Origin: an uncultured delta proteobacterium
GTDB lineage: Bacteria > Desulfobacterota > Binatia > UBA9968
Reading direction: 5' to 3'
NCBI GenBank assembly: GCA_963840855.1
Contig: CAWJBB010000001.1
Span: forward strand, 37,013 to 101,012
Length of the DNA stretch: 64,000 nucleotides
Part shown: piece by piece, positions 1 to 11,318 of the stretch
How the letters are laid out: each line of letters starts with the position of its first letter
Position numbering within the stretch: the first letter of the stretch is position 1
Made by a program: the position numbers and the translations under genes
Notes under the pieces: generated by a model
The model's database searches: none
Seen by the model: only the letters and a program-made list of their open reading frames with translations
Told to the model about the DNA's origin: nothing

Positions 1-328
1 ACGACCGCGGTTTCTTGAAGTTAAGACTCCACACCGCGGTCTGCTCGAACAGGTGTCTGAGCTCTTCCTGAAAAATGACCACGATCATGATCAAAAAAAT
101 CGCGAAAAAGCCCTGAAATATCCATGCCACCATTTGCAACTCGAGATAGCGGGCGATGATGTAGATGCCGCCAAAAACCAAGATGCCCCGGACGACGAGC
201 GCCGCGCGCGTGCGCTGCGCCCAGACCACGGCAGTGTAAAGCAGTGTCGCTACCAGGAAGATGTCGATGATCTCCGCGATAGTGATCGACGGCAGGGGAT
301 TGATGAAAGGGCTTTCGCTCATGGCCAT
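1..328 (-). CDS. cdaA: Diadenylate cyclase CdaA/DacA, N-terminal membrane part (partial, runs off window)
   Basis: Manual translation MAMSESPF...IIDIFLVATLLY...RTRAALVVRGILVF...IVVIFQEELRHLFE shows the three TM segments and IFQxELR motif of CdaA; not in the ORF track. Confidence 0.7.
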   Translation of the reverse strand, partial: MAMSESPFINPLPSITIAEIIDIFLVATLLYTAVVWAQRTRAALVVRGILVFGGIYIIARYLELQMVAWIFQGFFAIFLIMIVVIFQEELRHLFEQTAVWSLNFKKPRS

Positions 329-477
329 CTCGAAGTCGGCGTTTCTACCTATAGGATGCCATGCCGGGTTGTTTGAGTAAATGCCTGTCCGACTGAAAAG
401 TAAAAAAAGAGAACACGAGAGCCGGGAGTCAGCCCTAAAGGCTCGAATCTGAGCTGCCGAGCAGAGCTTGGCCGGGG

Positions 478-1533
478 TTAGATCAGCCGCACCCAGGGCT
501 TTTGCAGTGAAGTCGCGTAGCCCACCGCTACAGCCTCTTTGACACCGGCGGCGTGAAGTTCGTCGATGAGTTTGGCGGCGTGGCGTTTGGCAACCGCGAT
601 CAATAGCCCGCCGGAGGTTTGCGGATCGATGGCAACTTCCGCCAGTCCTTCGCGCACCGTCGGCTCGATGACCATCTTGTCGTTTAGATAGTCGCGGTTT
701 CGCTTGCAGCCGCCGGTGAGATAGCCCTTCTCCGCCAAGCGCGGCGCGCGGGGGAGAAGCGGCATTTTGGCTGCTTCGATGACAAGCGTCACGCTGCTGC
801 CACTGGCCATTTCCAGCGCATGGCCGAGCAGGCCAAAACCCGTGACGTCCGAGCAGGCGTGCACCGGGAATCTGCGCATCACGGTGGAAGCGGCGGCATT
901 GAGCGTGCTCATGGAGCGCACCGCTTCGTCGACGCTTTCCTTGGCGGCTTTGCCCTTTTTCAGCGCGGTGGAAATGATTCCCGTTCCCAGCGCTTTGGTC
1001 AAGATCAGCGCGTCGCCTTCCTGGACGCCAACGTTGCGAAAAATCTTGTCCGGATGAATGGTGCCGGTGACCGCCATGCCGAATTTGATCTCTTCGTCGA
1101 TGATGCTATGGCCGCCGATCACCACGGCGCCGCTTTCTTTGACTTTTTCGGCGCCGCCTTTGAGAATCTCGCCGAGAATTTCCATGTCCATCTTGCCCTT
1201 GGGGAAGCAAACGATATTGAGGCAGGTTTTGGGCTCTCCGCCCATGGCGTAAATATCGCTCAACGAATTGGCCGCGGAAATTTGGCCGAAGGTGTAGGGG
1301 TCGTCGACAATGGGCGTGAAGAAGTCCACGGTGTTGACGATGGCCAGGTCGGGACGCAGGCGAAACACCCCAGCGTCGTCGGCGGTCTCGGTGCCGACCA
1401 GCATGTCCGGGTTATTAAACTTTGGCAGGCCGTGCAAAACTTGCACGAGGTCGGCGGGGCCGAGCTTGGCAGCTCAACCCGCGGCCTTGACCGTCTGCGT
1501 CAGTCTTATGGCTTTTTTCTTGCCGAGCATCAT
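478..1533 (-). CDS. selD: Selenophosphate synthetase, selenocysteine-containing
   Basis: DDAGV, TVDFFTP, DVTGFGL, DPQTSGGLL motifs; frame extends upstream through TGA at 1476-1474 (RLTQTVKAAG-U-AAKLGP) to ATG at 1533 or 1530. Confidence 0.95.
1431..1447 (-). promoter_or_regulatory. SECIS-like hairpin of selD
   Basis: mRNA CGUGCAA-GUU-UUGCACG; loop G lies about 33 nt 3' of the UGA. Confidence 0.6.
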
Positions 1534-1567
1534 AGAAAACTCAGTCTAATTCCACCGACGGTTTATT

Positions 1568-3497
<1,930 letters not shown>

Positions 3498-3507
3498 CTT
3501 GAATTCA

Positions 3508-3671
3508 GTTTAAGGTTCAAGGTTCAAGGTTCAAGGTGACGCCTTCGACGCGGTTCAAGGGCTTCGTCTGTTCAAGGTTCAAGGTTCAATGTTCAACGTG
3601 GCGCCTCGGTTCAAGGTTCCGGGTTCAGCGACCCAGTCCCACCTTGAACATTGAACGTTGAACATTGAACC
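3508..3671. repeat. Heptamer (GGTTCAA)n tract followed by inverted (TTGAACR)n tract
   Basis: About 10 GTTCAA-type units at 3508-3626 and four inverted units at 3643-3671 in the selA-selB spacer. Confidence 0.8.
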
Positions 3672-3707
3672 AATAACTTTGGTCATGGCCAGGTAATGCT
3701 GGAATCA

Positions 3708-5102
3708 CTACACTTTCTCTGTCGCGCTGAAATTTGGTACCAATTCGTTGGCGTCGAAGATCGTGCGCAGGTCGAGTAGAAAACGGTCGTCTTTGATTCT
3801 GCCGATGACCGGCGGGACGGCGCCGCGAAATTTGGCGGCGATGGCGTTGGCGCTTTGTTTGTCATGTTCAAGCGCGATCACGAACGTGGGCAGTTCTTCG
3901 GTGGGCAGCGCGCCGCTGCCGATTTGTGAAGTGGATTCTTCGACGTAGACCCGAAACTCCTGGCCCAGGGCCGTGCGTAGTTGGGCGGCGGCTTTTTCGC
4001 CCGTAGCACGAATGTCGGCGGGCGAACGGGTGAACGCTCTGAGCGTCGGAATCGCCTGCGCGATGTCCGGCGACTGGCGGTACAGACGCAGTGTCGCTTC
4101 CAGCGCCGCCAAGGTCAGTTTGCCGCAGCGCAATGCCCGCTGCAGAGGATTCTTGTTGATCCGGCCGATGAGTGCTTGCTTGCCGACCATCAAACCCGCT
4201 TGGGGCCCCCCAAGAATTTTGTCGCCGCTAAACGTGATCACGTCGGCGCCGGCAGCGATGCGCTCGGCGACGATGGGTTCCTTGGGCAAGCCGTAACGGC
4301 TGAGATCTATGAGCGCGCCGCTGCCCAGGTCTTCCATGACCGGAAGCTTGTGCCGCTGGCCGATGGCCACCAGCTCTTCGAGGGTGACTTCCGAGGTGAA
4401 GCCGACGACCTTGTAATTGCTGGTGTGGACTTTCAAAAGCAGCGCGGTTTTTTCATCGATGGCGTTCTCGTAGTCGGCCGTATGGGTGCGGTTGGTGCTG
4501 CCGACTTCCTTTAATAGCGCGCCGCTCTTGGCCATGATCTCGGGGATGCGAAAGGCGCCGCCGATCTCGATCAGCTCGCCGCGCGAGACGATGACCTCTT
4601 TGCCTTGGGCAAGGGTGTTGAGACCCAGCAGAACGGCGGCGGCATTATTATTGACTACCGTGGCGGCTTCCGCGCCGGTGAGCTCGACCAGCAGATTTTG
4701 CAGCGTCTCTTCACGCCGCCCGCGCTTGCCGGCGGCGAGATCGTATTCCAAGTTCACCGGGTAGCTGCCCACGGCGGTCATGGCATCGATGGCCTCCGGC
4801 GCCAGCAGCGCCCGCCCCAGATTGGTGTGCAGGATCGTGCCGGTGGCATTGACGACGCGGATATGGCCGGGCCGGCTCTCCGCCGCGATGCGCGCTTCGA
4901 CCTGGCCGATTAATGCATCATCGTCGCTACTCGCGCCCTTCCCTTGCCTGATGGCGGCACGCAATTGATCGAGCGCTTCGCGGCACTTTTGCGTGACATA
5001 GTCGCGGTTGTAGCGGGTTAATAAAATCTCACAGCGCGGATGCTTGAGCAGCCGGTCCACCGAGGGAATTTCGCGCAGGAGATTTGCCGCTGGTTCGGTC
5101 AT
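3708..5102 (-). CDS. selA: L-seryl-tRNA(Sec) selenium transferase
   Basis: VNATGTILHTNLGRA, VNNNAAA, SRGELIEIGG, FSGDKILGGPQAG; start taken at MTEPA. Confidence 0.96.
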   Translation of the reverse strand: MTEPAANLLREIPSVDRLLKHPRCEILLTRYNRDYVTQKCREALDQLRAAIRQGKGASSDDDALIGQVEARIAAESRPGHIRVVNATGTILHTNLGRALLAPEAIDAMTAVGSYPVNLEYDLAAGKRGRREETLQNLLVELTGAEAATVVNNNAAAVLLGLNTLAQGKEVIVSRGELIEIGGAFRIPEIMAKSGALLKEVGSTNRTHTADYENAIDEKTALLLKVHTSNYKVVGFTSEVTLEELVAIGQRHKLPVMEDLGSGALIDLSRYGLPKEPIVAERIAAGADVITFSGDKILGGPQAGLMVGKQALIGRINKNPLQRALRCGKLTLAALEATLRLYRQSPDIAQAIPTLRAFTRSPADIRATGEKAAAQLRTALGQEFRVYVEESTSQIGSGALPTEELPTFVIALEHDKQSANAIAAKFRGAVPPVIGRIKDDRFLLDLRTIFDANELVPNFSATEKV

Positions 5103-5221
5103 ACGAAAAATCAGGTTTGCACAAGGTGGGAGTAAATTCAACATAAGAATATTGCCGCGACTCACGTAAGTAGATGGTCAACACGCGCCCTTGATAAATC
5201 TGATTGCCAGCTCGGTTGACT

Positions 5222-5446
5222 ACTGAATGGCACGCCCTGGTTGATGGCGATACTGTTGTACGGGGCAGGATTGCGGTTCTCCAGAAGGCCGTCAAAGATG
5301 CCTGGCTCAAGGCCAACATCGCGAAGCCAGCTGGCCCGCACACCTTGCGTCATTCCTTTGCGACCCACGTGCGGGCAGATGGCTACGACATCCGGACCGT
5401 GCAGGAACTCCTGGGACACAGCGACGTGAGCACCACGATGGTGTAT
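5222..5446 (+). pseudogene. intI: Integron integrase remnant, internally deleted and cut at the catalytic Tyr
   Basis: [13 protein letters not shown] fused out of frame to VLQKAVK...[11 protein letters not shown]...[22 protein letters not shown]. Confidence 0.8.
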
Positions 5447-5473
5447 TATGCGCAGTGGATGGTTATGTAGAGT
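5444..5473 (+). repeat. RIT left terminal inverted repeat
   Basis: TATTATGCGCAG-TGGATG-GTTATGTAGAGT. Confidence 0.85.
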
Positions 5474-5588
5474 CGCGTCGGTAAGTGCTTGCCTGTCAGG
5501 TCATTTCTCTTTTATCGCAGCACATAAGATTTCACGATGATCTCCTCGGTGGCCATAGGGGTCGCCGCCATTTCAAAGGAGGTCGATC

Positions 5589-6855
5589 ATGGATCAATCC
5601 AATCGTTTAGTTTCGGAGAACTCGCCGCTGGGCCGACTCGTTGAGAATGCCTTGGGCGAGCTCAAGCAGTTAGGGTACAGCAGGAGATCGCTGAATCGGT
5701 ATCGAGCAATATGGGAACACTTCATCGAGTTTTCCCGCCAGAAGAAACTGGGAGTTGAGTTTTCCGGGAATCTGGCAGCTCGCTTTGTGGAGGAGTATCC
5801 GGTTGGGAATGAAGTGGTGGATGAGCCGGGCGAGGAATGGCGGCGGCATATCGTGGTTGCTGTAAAGGTGCTTGCGGACTTTGCTCAATACGGCCGCATC
5901 GGACGTGCCCGCACCGACATCGAAGAGATCCATCTTTGTCCGGCCACAAAGAAGGTGCTTCAGGACTACGAACAGTACTGTAAGGATCGACTTCAGTTTC
6001 GGCCGGCGACCCTTCAAAAGCGTAGCGGGGAACTCACGATCTTTTTGGATTTTCTGAGTTCGAGGAAAGCGAGGACCCTGGGCCAGATTCAGGCGCTGGA
6101 TCTGTCCGAATTCCTGTCTTTTCGGGGTCACTTGAAAGCCGAACACCGTCTCGCGACTGGTCTCGGATGTGCGTTCCTTTCTTCGGTTCCTGACCATGCG
6201 TGGGATTCTCCAAAAAGATCTCAGTGCGGAGTTGCCAACAATCCGTGTTCACAGAGATGCCAGTATCCCCTCGGTGTGGGATCACGAGCTCATCATCAAG
6301 CTGCTCGGGGCGATCGATCGCAGTTCGGCCAAAGGCAAACGGGATTACGCCATTCTCTTGCTGGCATGCCGGTTGGGATTGCGTACCGGGGATATTCGCA
6401 CACTGAAACTGGATCATCTCCATTGGGAAGATTCCAGGATAGAGATTACGCAGTCGAAAACGACCACGCCCCTCAGCCTGCCTCTGACCGAAGAGGTCGG
6501 CGAAGCATTGATCGACTACTTGAGATCGGGTCGTCCCAAAACCGCGCACCGAGAGATCTTCCTCAAATTGAACCCTCCTTTTGATCCTTTTGGTCGAAAC
6601 AACAACCTATACGACGTTGTTACGTATTGGCGCCAACTGGCGGGGATCACATTTCGCACTCCACAAAAGCGAGGAATCCATTCCCTTCGCCACACTCTGG
6701 CAACTCGGCTTCTGGAGCAGGGTACTCCTTTTCCCACCATTGCGGACATCTTGGGGCATACCAGTTTGGAATCGACACGCATTTACGCCAAAGCCGATGT
6801 GGAAGCCTTGCGCAGCGTGGCGTTGGATACTGAGGAGGTGAATCATGCCGAATGA
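5589..6855 (+). CDS. RIT tyrosine recombinase A, frameshift near 6140
   Basis: ORFs 5589-6584 and 6169-6855 join at HLK/PNTVSRLV; RDYAILLL..RLGLR, HSLRH, LGH, RIY. Confidence 0.85.
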
Positions 6856-7828
6856 TCAATCCAGCGCTCAGTTCCAAAGCATCCTCGCTCCTCTCATGGA
6901 CAGATTTGTCCAGGAAAAGAACGCCTGTGGATACCAGTATCATGAGCCAAGCCGAATCTTGCGGTGCCTCGACCATTTGCTGGTCCAGGAAGGGTTGACG
7001 ACCTATGAGTTACCTCGACCCATCGCCCAAAAATGGTTAGCCAAGAGGACCCACGAAAGTCCCAGAACCCAACAGCAACGGGTCATGGTCGTTCGCCAGT
7101 TCTCCAGGTTCCTGTTCCGGCTTGGTTATTCTGCGTATGTGCCCGATTCAACACTGGCTCCACGAGGTCAATCGAGTTTTACACCAAGAATTTTGACTCA
7201 TGAAGAGATTGGAAAGCTCCTTCAAGCCGTGGACGCGCTCGAACCCACCGCACGTTCGCCTCTGCGGCACCTGATTATGCCCGAAGTTTTCCGCCTCCTG
7301 TATGGCTGCGGTTTTCGTCTCGGGGAAGTGTTGAATCTACGTGTCCGAGACGCAGACCTCGATCAAGGTATCGTCACTGTACACCAAGGAAAGTTTAGAA
7401 AAGATCGCCTGGTTCCTCTCGCCCTGTCGCTGGTGAATCGCTTACGCAAGTACGCCGCCCGTTTCGAAAATTGCCCGCTCGATGCGATATTCTTCCCGGC
7501 GCCCGATGCAGGACCCTACAGCTTGCGGACCGTTTACGGCCTGTTTCGTAAACTGCTACTGCAGTGTGGGATTGCTCACGCCGGACGAGGCAAGGGACCC
7601 AGGGTCCACGATCTTCGCCACACCTTCGCAGTCCATACCTTACTGCGTTGGTATCGAGACGGCGAGGATCTCAACGCCAAACTTCCCCTTCTGGCCACCT
7701 ACCTGGGCCATCAGCATCTTTTGGGAACGCAGCGCTATCTTCATCTCACCGCAGAACTTTTTCCCGAGATCACAGCGCGACTCGACGCGGTCTTCGGTGA
7801 GGTCATTCCGAGGAGGATTGAGCTATGA
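6845..7828 (+). CDS. RIT tyrosine recombinase B
   Basis: LYGCGFR, GKFRKDR, HDLRHTFAV, YLGH, TQRYL. Confidence 0.92.
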   Translation: MPNDQSSAQFQSILAPLMDRFVQEKNACGYQYHEPSRILRCLDHLLVQEGLTTYELPRPIAQKWLAKRTHESPRTQQQRVMVVRQFSRFLFRLGYSAYVPDSTLAPRGQSSFTPRILTHEEIGKLLQAVDALEPTARSPLRHLIMPEVFRLLYGCGFRLGEVLNLRVRDADLDQGIVTVHQGKFRKDRLVPLALSLVNRLRKYAARFENCPLDAIFFPAPDAGPYSLRTVYGLFRKLLLQCGIAHAGRGKGPRVHDLRHTFAVHTLLRWYRDGEDLNAKLPLLATYLGHQHLLGTQRYLHLTAELFPEITARLDAVFGEVIPRRIEL

Positions 7829-8835
7829 AACCGACCGATCTCTCAGTTCACGTGACGACCTTTTTGACCCATTACCTGGCCGCACAGCGGAATATGAGCC
7901 CCAATACCATCAAGGCATACCGCGACGTGTTTACTCTCCTTCTCAGATTCTGCCGCGATGTCCAGGGAATCGCGCCGGAAAGACTACGTCTCGAACAGAT
8001 CGATGTTTCTTTGGTGGAAGCGTTCCTGGATTACTTGGAAAGAGAAAGGGGCTCTGCGCCCACTACACGAAACCATCGCCTTGCCGCCCTGCACGCATTT
8101 TTCCGATATGTTCAGTCCGAGGAGCCCGACCGCCTGCTTCAGTGCCAAAAAATCCTCGCCATTCCCCAGCGCCGACACGCCCGTCCGACGGTTGGTTATC
8201 TTTCCAAAGAGGACTTGGGTGAAATTCTGGCGCAGCCGGACCTGACAAATCCAGGGGGCCGAAGAGACGCGGTTTTGCTAAGCATCCTCTACGATACCGG
8301 AGCGCGAGTTCAGGAGCTGATCGATCTTTCAGCGGGAGACGTGCGATTGGATCCACCCGCGCAGGTGCGCCTTATAGGAAAGGGACGCAAGATGCGTGCT
8401 GTACCTTTGATGCAGAAGACCGTCCAGCTCCTACGCGATCATATGCACGAAAACCATTTGGATCGTCCCGAACAGTTTGACCGGCCTCTTTTCCGCAACG
8501 GATGCGACCAACGATTATCCCGTTCTGGAATCCGCTACATCCTTCAAAAACATGTCAGGAAGGCACGAAGCAAGCGTGCGGGTCTGAACCGAACGGTGAC
8601 TCCGCACATGCTTCGCCACACCAAAGGAATGCACCTGTTACAGAGTGGAATCACCCCTGAGATGATCCGGGACTTCCTGGGCCATGTGGACGTCAAAACG
8701 ACTCAGATCTATGCGAGGGCAAATCTTGAGATGAAGCGAAATGCTCTTGAGAGAATCAGCGACTCTTCGCCGGTCCAAGCGATTCCATCCTGGCAACAGA
8801 ACAAGAACCTTCTTGAGTGGCTCCGTTCTTTGTAA
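7825..8835 (+). CDS. RIT tyrosine recombinase C
   Basis: LYDTGARVQE, GKGRK, HMLRH, LGH, TQIYA; ATGA overlap with recombinase B. Confidence 0.92.
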   Translation: MKPTDLSVHVTTFLTHYLAAQRNMSPNTIKAYRDVFTLLLRFCRDVQGIAPERLRLEQIDVSLVEAFLDYLERERGSAPTTRNHRLAALHAFFRYVQSEEPDRLLQCQKILAIPQRRHARPTVGYLSKEDLGEILAQPDLTNPGGRRDAVLLSILYDTGARVQELIDLSAGDVRLDPPAQVRLIGKGRKMRAVPLMQKTVQLLRDHMHENHLDRPEQFDRPLFRNGCDQRLSRSGIRYILQKHVRKARSKRAGLNRTVTPHMLRHTKGMHLLQSGITPEMIRDFLGHVDVKTTQIYARANLEMKRNALERISDSSPVQAIPSWQQNKNLLEWLRSL

Positions 8836-8938
8836 AACATCGGGGGATACCCATGCCAGGTCTGAACCGAGCTCCGCCAACCGCAACCAGATTGTTATGT
8901 GGAGTGCCACCAACCAGATGGCCCTGCAATCAAAAGGG

Positions 8939-9967
8939 TTAGGGCACCTCACTGCGCATAACTACTGTCTGCGCATAATAAATCATGGTAGTCGTCACAT
9001 CCGTGTGACCCAAAAGCTCTTGGACCGTTCGGATATCGTAGCCATCTTCGAGCAAGTGCGTGGCAAAAGAATGGCGAAACGTGTGCGGGCTTGCCGGCTT
9101 GAGAACCCCGGCTTTTTGCACGGCCTCTTTCACCGCCTTCTGCAAGACTGACTCGTGAAGATGGTGCCTGCGCCTCTCCCCCGTTACCCTGTCTGTGTAA
9201 TGGTTGGTCGCCGGAAACACCCACTGCCATCCCCACTCTTTCCCGGCGTTTGGATATTTTCGCTCAAGGGCATTGGGCAGAGCGACTCGACCCAGGCCTC
9301 GCTCGAGATCGCACTGGTGTTGTCGTCTTATCACTTCTAGGTGCTTTGCGAGAGGTTCTTTGACTGCCGCGGGAAGCATTGTGTGCCGATCCTTGTCTCC
9401 CTTACCGGCGCGAACTACGATCTGGTTGCTGGTGAAATCAAGATCCTTGACCCTCAGCCGCAAGCATTCCATCAATCGGACACCGGCTCCATAAAGCAAC
9501 ATGGCCATGATCCAATCGGAGCCGTCGAGGGAAGCGAGAATAGATCTGACTTCCTGCCGTGTCAACACTACCGGGAGCCTGTGCGGCCTTTTCGCCCGAA
9601 CGACACCGTTCACATATCCGATGTCTTTCTTTAAAACCTCACGGTAGAGAAACAGGAGGGCATTGAGGGCTTGGTTCTGAGTGGACGCGCTGACGTGTAA
9701 TTCGGTGGCCAGGCTCGAAAGAAATCCTCCGATTTCTTTTTCACCCATCTCCGCCGGATGGCGTTTGTTGTGAAAGAAAATAAATCGCTTGATCCAATGA
9801 ACATACGCCTTCTCGGTCATATAACTGTAGTGGCGTGTTCGAATCGCCTGGCGCACTTGGTCGAGTAACTTTGGTTTCGCCGATGATGGTAGCACGCTGG
9901 CCGTTGGCGCCGGTTGATTCGCGGAAACTCGGTGTCGGCTCAGTTGGTATACTTTGGCGTTTTCCAT
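8939..9967 (-). pseudogene. intI: Integron integrase with its C-terminal tail replaced by RIT sequence after the catalytic Tyr
   Basis: [20 protein letters not shown], IntI-specific patch [36 protein letters not shown] followed by YAQTVV instead of the usual THV; GGGAGG RBS before ATG 9967. Confidence 0.9.
8951..8980 (-). repeat. RIT right terminal inverted repeat
   Basis: Reverse complement TATTATGCGCAG-ACAGTA-GTTATGCGCAGT. Confidence 0.85.
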
Positions 9968-10079
9968 GGTGTGTCCTCCCGTTGTGTGACTCCATTCCAA
10001 GGGTTCCCGATCACGTGTAGCAAGAAGTCGTAGATCGCTTTTTGCCTGGCAGTCAGTGCGGGACGCATGAAAGGCTATA

Positions 10080-10099
10080 TACTGAAATTAATTACAGTA
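10080..10099. promoter_or_regulatory. LexA-like (SOS) box upstream of intI
   Basis: TACTG-AAATTAATTA-CAGTA, one mismatch to CTGT-N8-ACAG. Confidence 0.5.
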
Positions 10100-10229
10100 G
10101 TCAACGGCAAGGCATAGTCATCGGTGTCGAGTCTAGAGTTAAGTAATTCTGCTTGAAGGATGTGACGGCAAACGATTGATGAGGAGAAGACAACCAGCGT
10201 TTTCCCCGTGAGTATAATTTACATGTTCG

Positions 10230-10325
10230 TCAGATCCCCAAGTGCTGACACAGGAATTCCGGTTGGACGATCAATTCACTGCCCGTGCCCTCGAACGCGA
10301 TGCGGCCTTTGACCAGAATGACGTT
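10230..10325 (-). pseudogene. C-terminal stub of a LivF-like ABC ATPase
   Basis: VILVKGRIAFEGTGSEL...QHLGI* with no upstream Walker motifs. Confidence 0.5.
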
Positions 10326-10573
10326 TCCGTCGCCGGGCCCCCTGCCGATGAGAATATTGACGACTTCGCGCGCGGCTTGGGTTTGGCAGTCGACAAGGAG
10401 ATCATCGCAAATCACTAATTCATTTTAAGCAACCTTTTAATGTTGCCTGACATGATCAAGCGAAGATCTTCGATTGGACTGACTACTTGTTGCGGTGGCA
10501 CCAATTCCCAAACAACCTGGATGGCTCATACCAAAGTGGCGCAAAGGCGTGAACGCGCTTTGGGGATTGATCA

Positions 10574-11293
10574 CTATGCGGGTAAATCGGCAACAGGCAC
10601 TCCCCTGTCAATCGCCGCGCATTTCACCGCTTCGGCGGCGGACTTGTGTCGCGCCATTTCCAACACTTCGGCGGCGCGCGCCCGCGGGATGAAGCAGACC
10701 CCCGTGTCGTCGGCGAACACGATGTCTCCGGGGGCCACTCGAATACCGGCCACCACGATCTCGCTGTTGATCTCAATGGTTTCGATGCGCCATTTTCCGG
10801 TGACCGGCGTTATCTCGCTGGCCCAAATGGGATAGCCGACGCGGCGCGAATGAGCGAGATCGCGAACTCCACCGAAAACGATCGCTCCAACTTCGCCCTG
10901 GCGCTTTGCCGTCTGCGCTGAAATGCCGCCCATGTTCGATATTCCAACCACGCCGTCGATGACGACGATGTCTCCCGGCAGCGCTAAGTTGTGAGCTTCG
11001 AACTCAGCCATCCTGTTTACGTGCCGCCGAGCGGCTTCATAAACATGCTCGCGCTGGACGATATTACGCACCGTCAGCGCCGGCCCGACGATCGAAGAGC
11101 CGGGAATCGTCGGCTTCAACACCGACGCGCCGATCACGCCGGTTATGCCAAGCTCGTCCATCACGTCCGATACAATACCGCTGGCATCTCCGAGCGCCCG
11201 AAACCCGTCGATAATACCCTCGGGCGGCCGCGGCGTTGCCATCAATCGGATTCGCTCACGCGCGATCTTGCCGGTCAGTCTTATTTCAGCCAT
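10574..11293 (-). CDS. RraA-like / HMG aldolase family protein
   Basis: VSDVMD, GPALTV, GGVRD, VAPGDIVFADDTGV. Confidence 0.85.
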   Translation of the reverse strand: MAEIRLTGKIARERIRLMATPRPPEGIIDGFRALGDASGIVSDVMDELGITGVIGASVLKPTIPGSSIVGPALTVRNIVQREHVYEAARRHVNRMAEFEAHNLALPGDIVVIDGVVGISNMGGISAQTAKRQGEVGAIVFGGVRDLAHSRRVGYPIWASEITPVTGKWRIETIEINSEIVVAGIRVAPGDIVFADDTGVCFIPRARAAEVLEMARHKSAAEAVKCAAIDRGVPVADLPA

Positions 11294-11318
11294 CGTCCCA
11301 CTCCGTTTTTTTACTTCA

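Larger units (their letters stand above)
5444..8980 (+). mobile_element. RIT element (recombinase in trio)
   Basis: Three overlapping tyrosine recombinase genes in about 3.5 kb, bounded by imperfect 30-bp inverted repeats. Confidence 0.9.

Noticed and set aside
53-376. Plus-strand 107-aa ORF and other long antisense ORFs (820-1605, 2126-2842, 57281-58183)
   Set aside because: They lie opposite well-supported genes, as expected in GC-rich DNA
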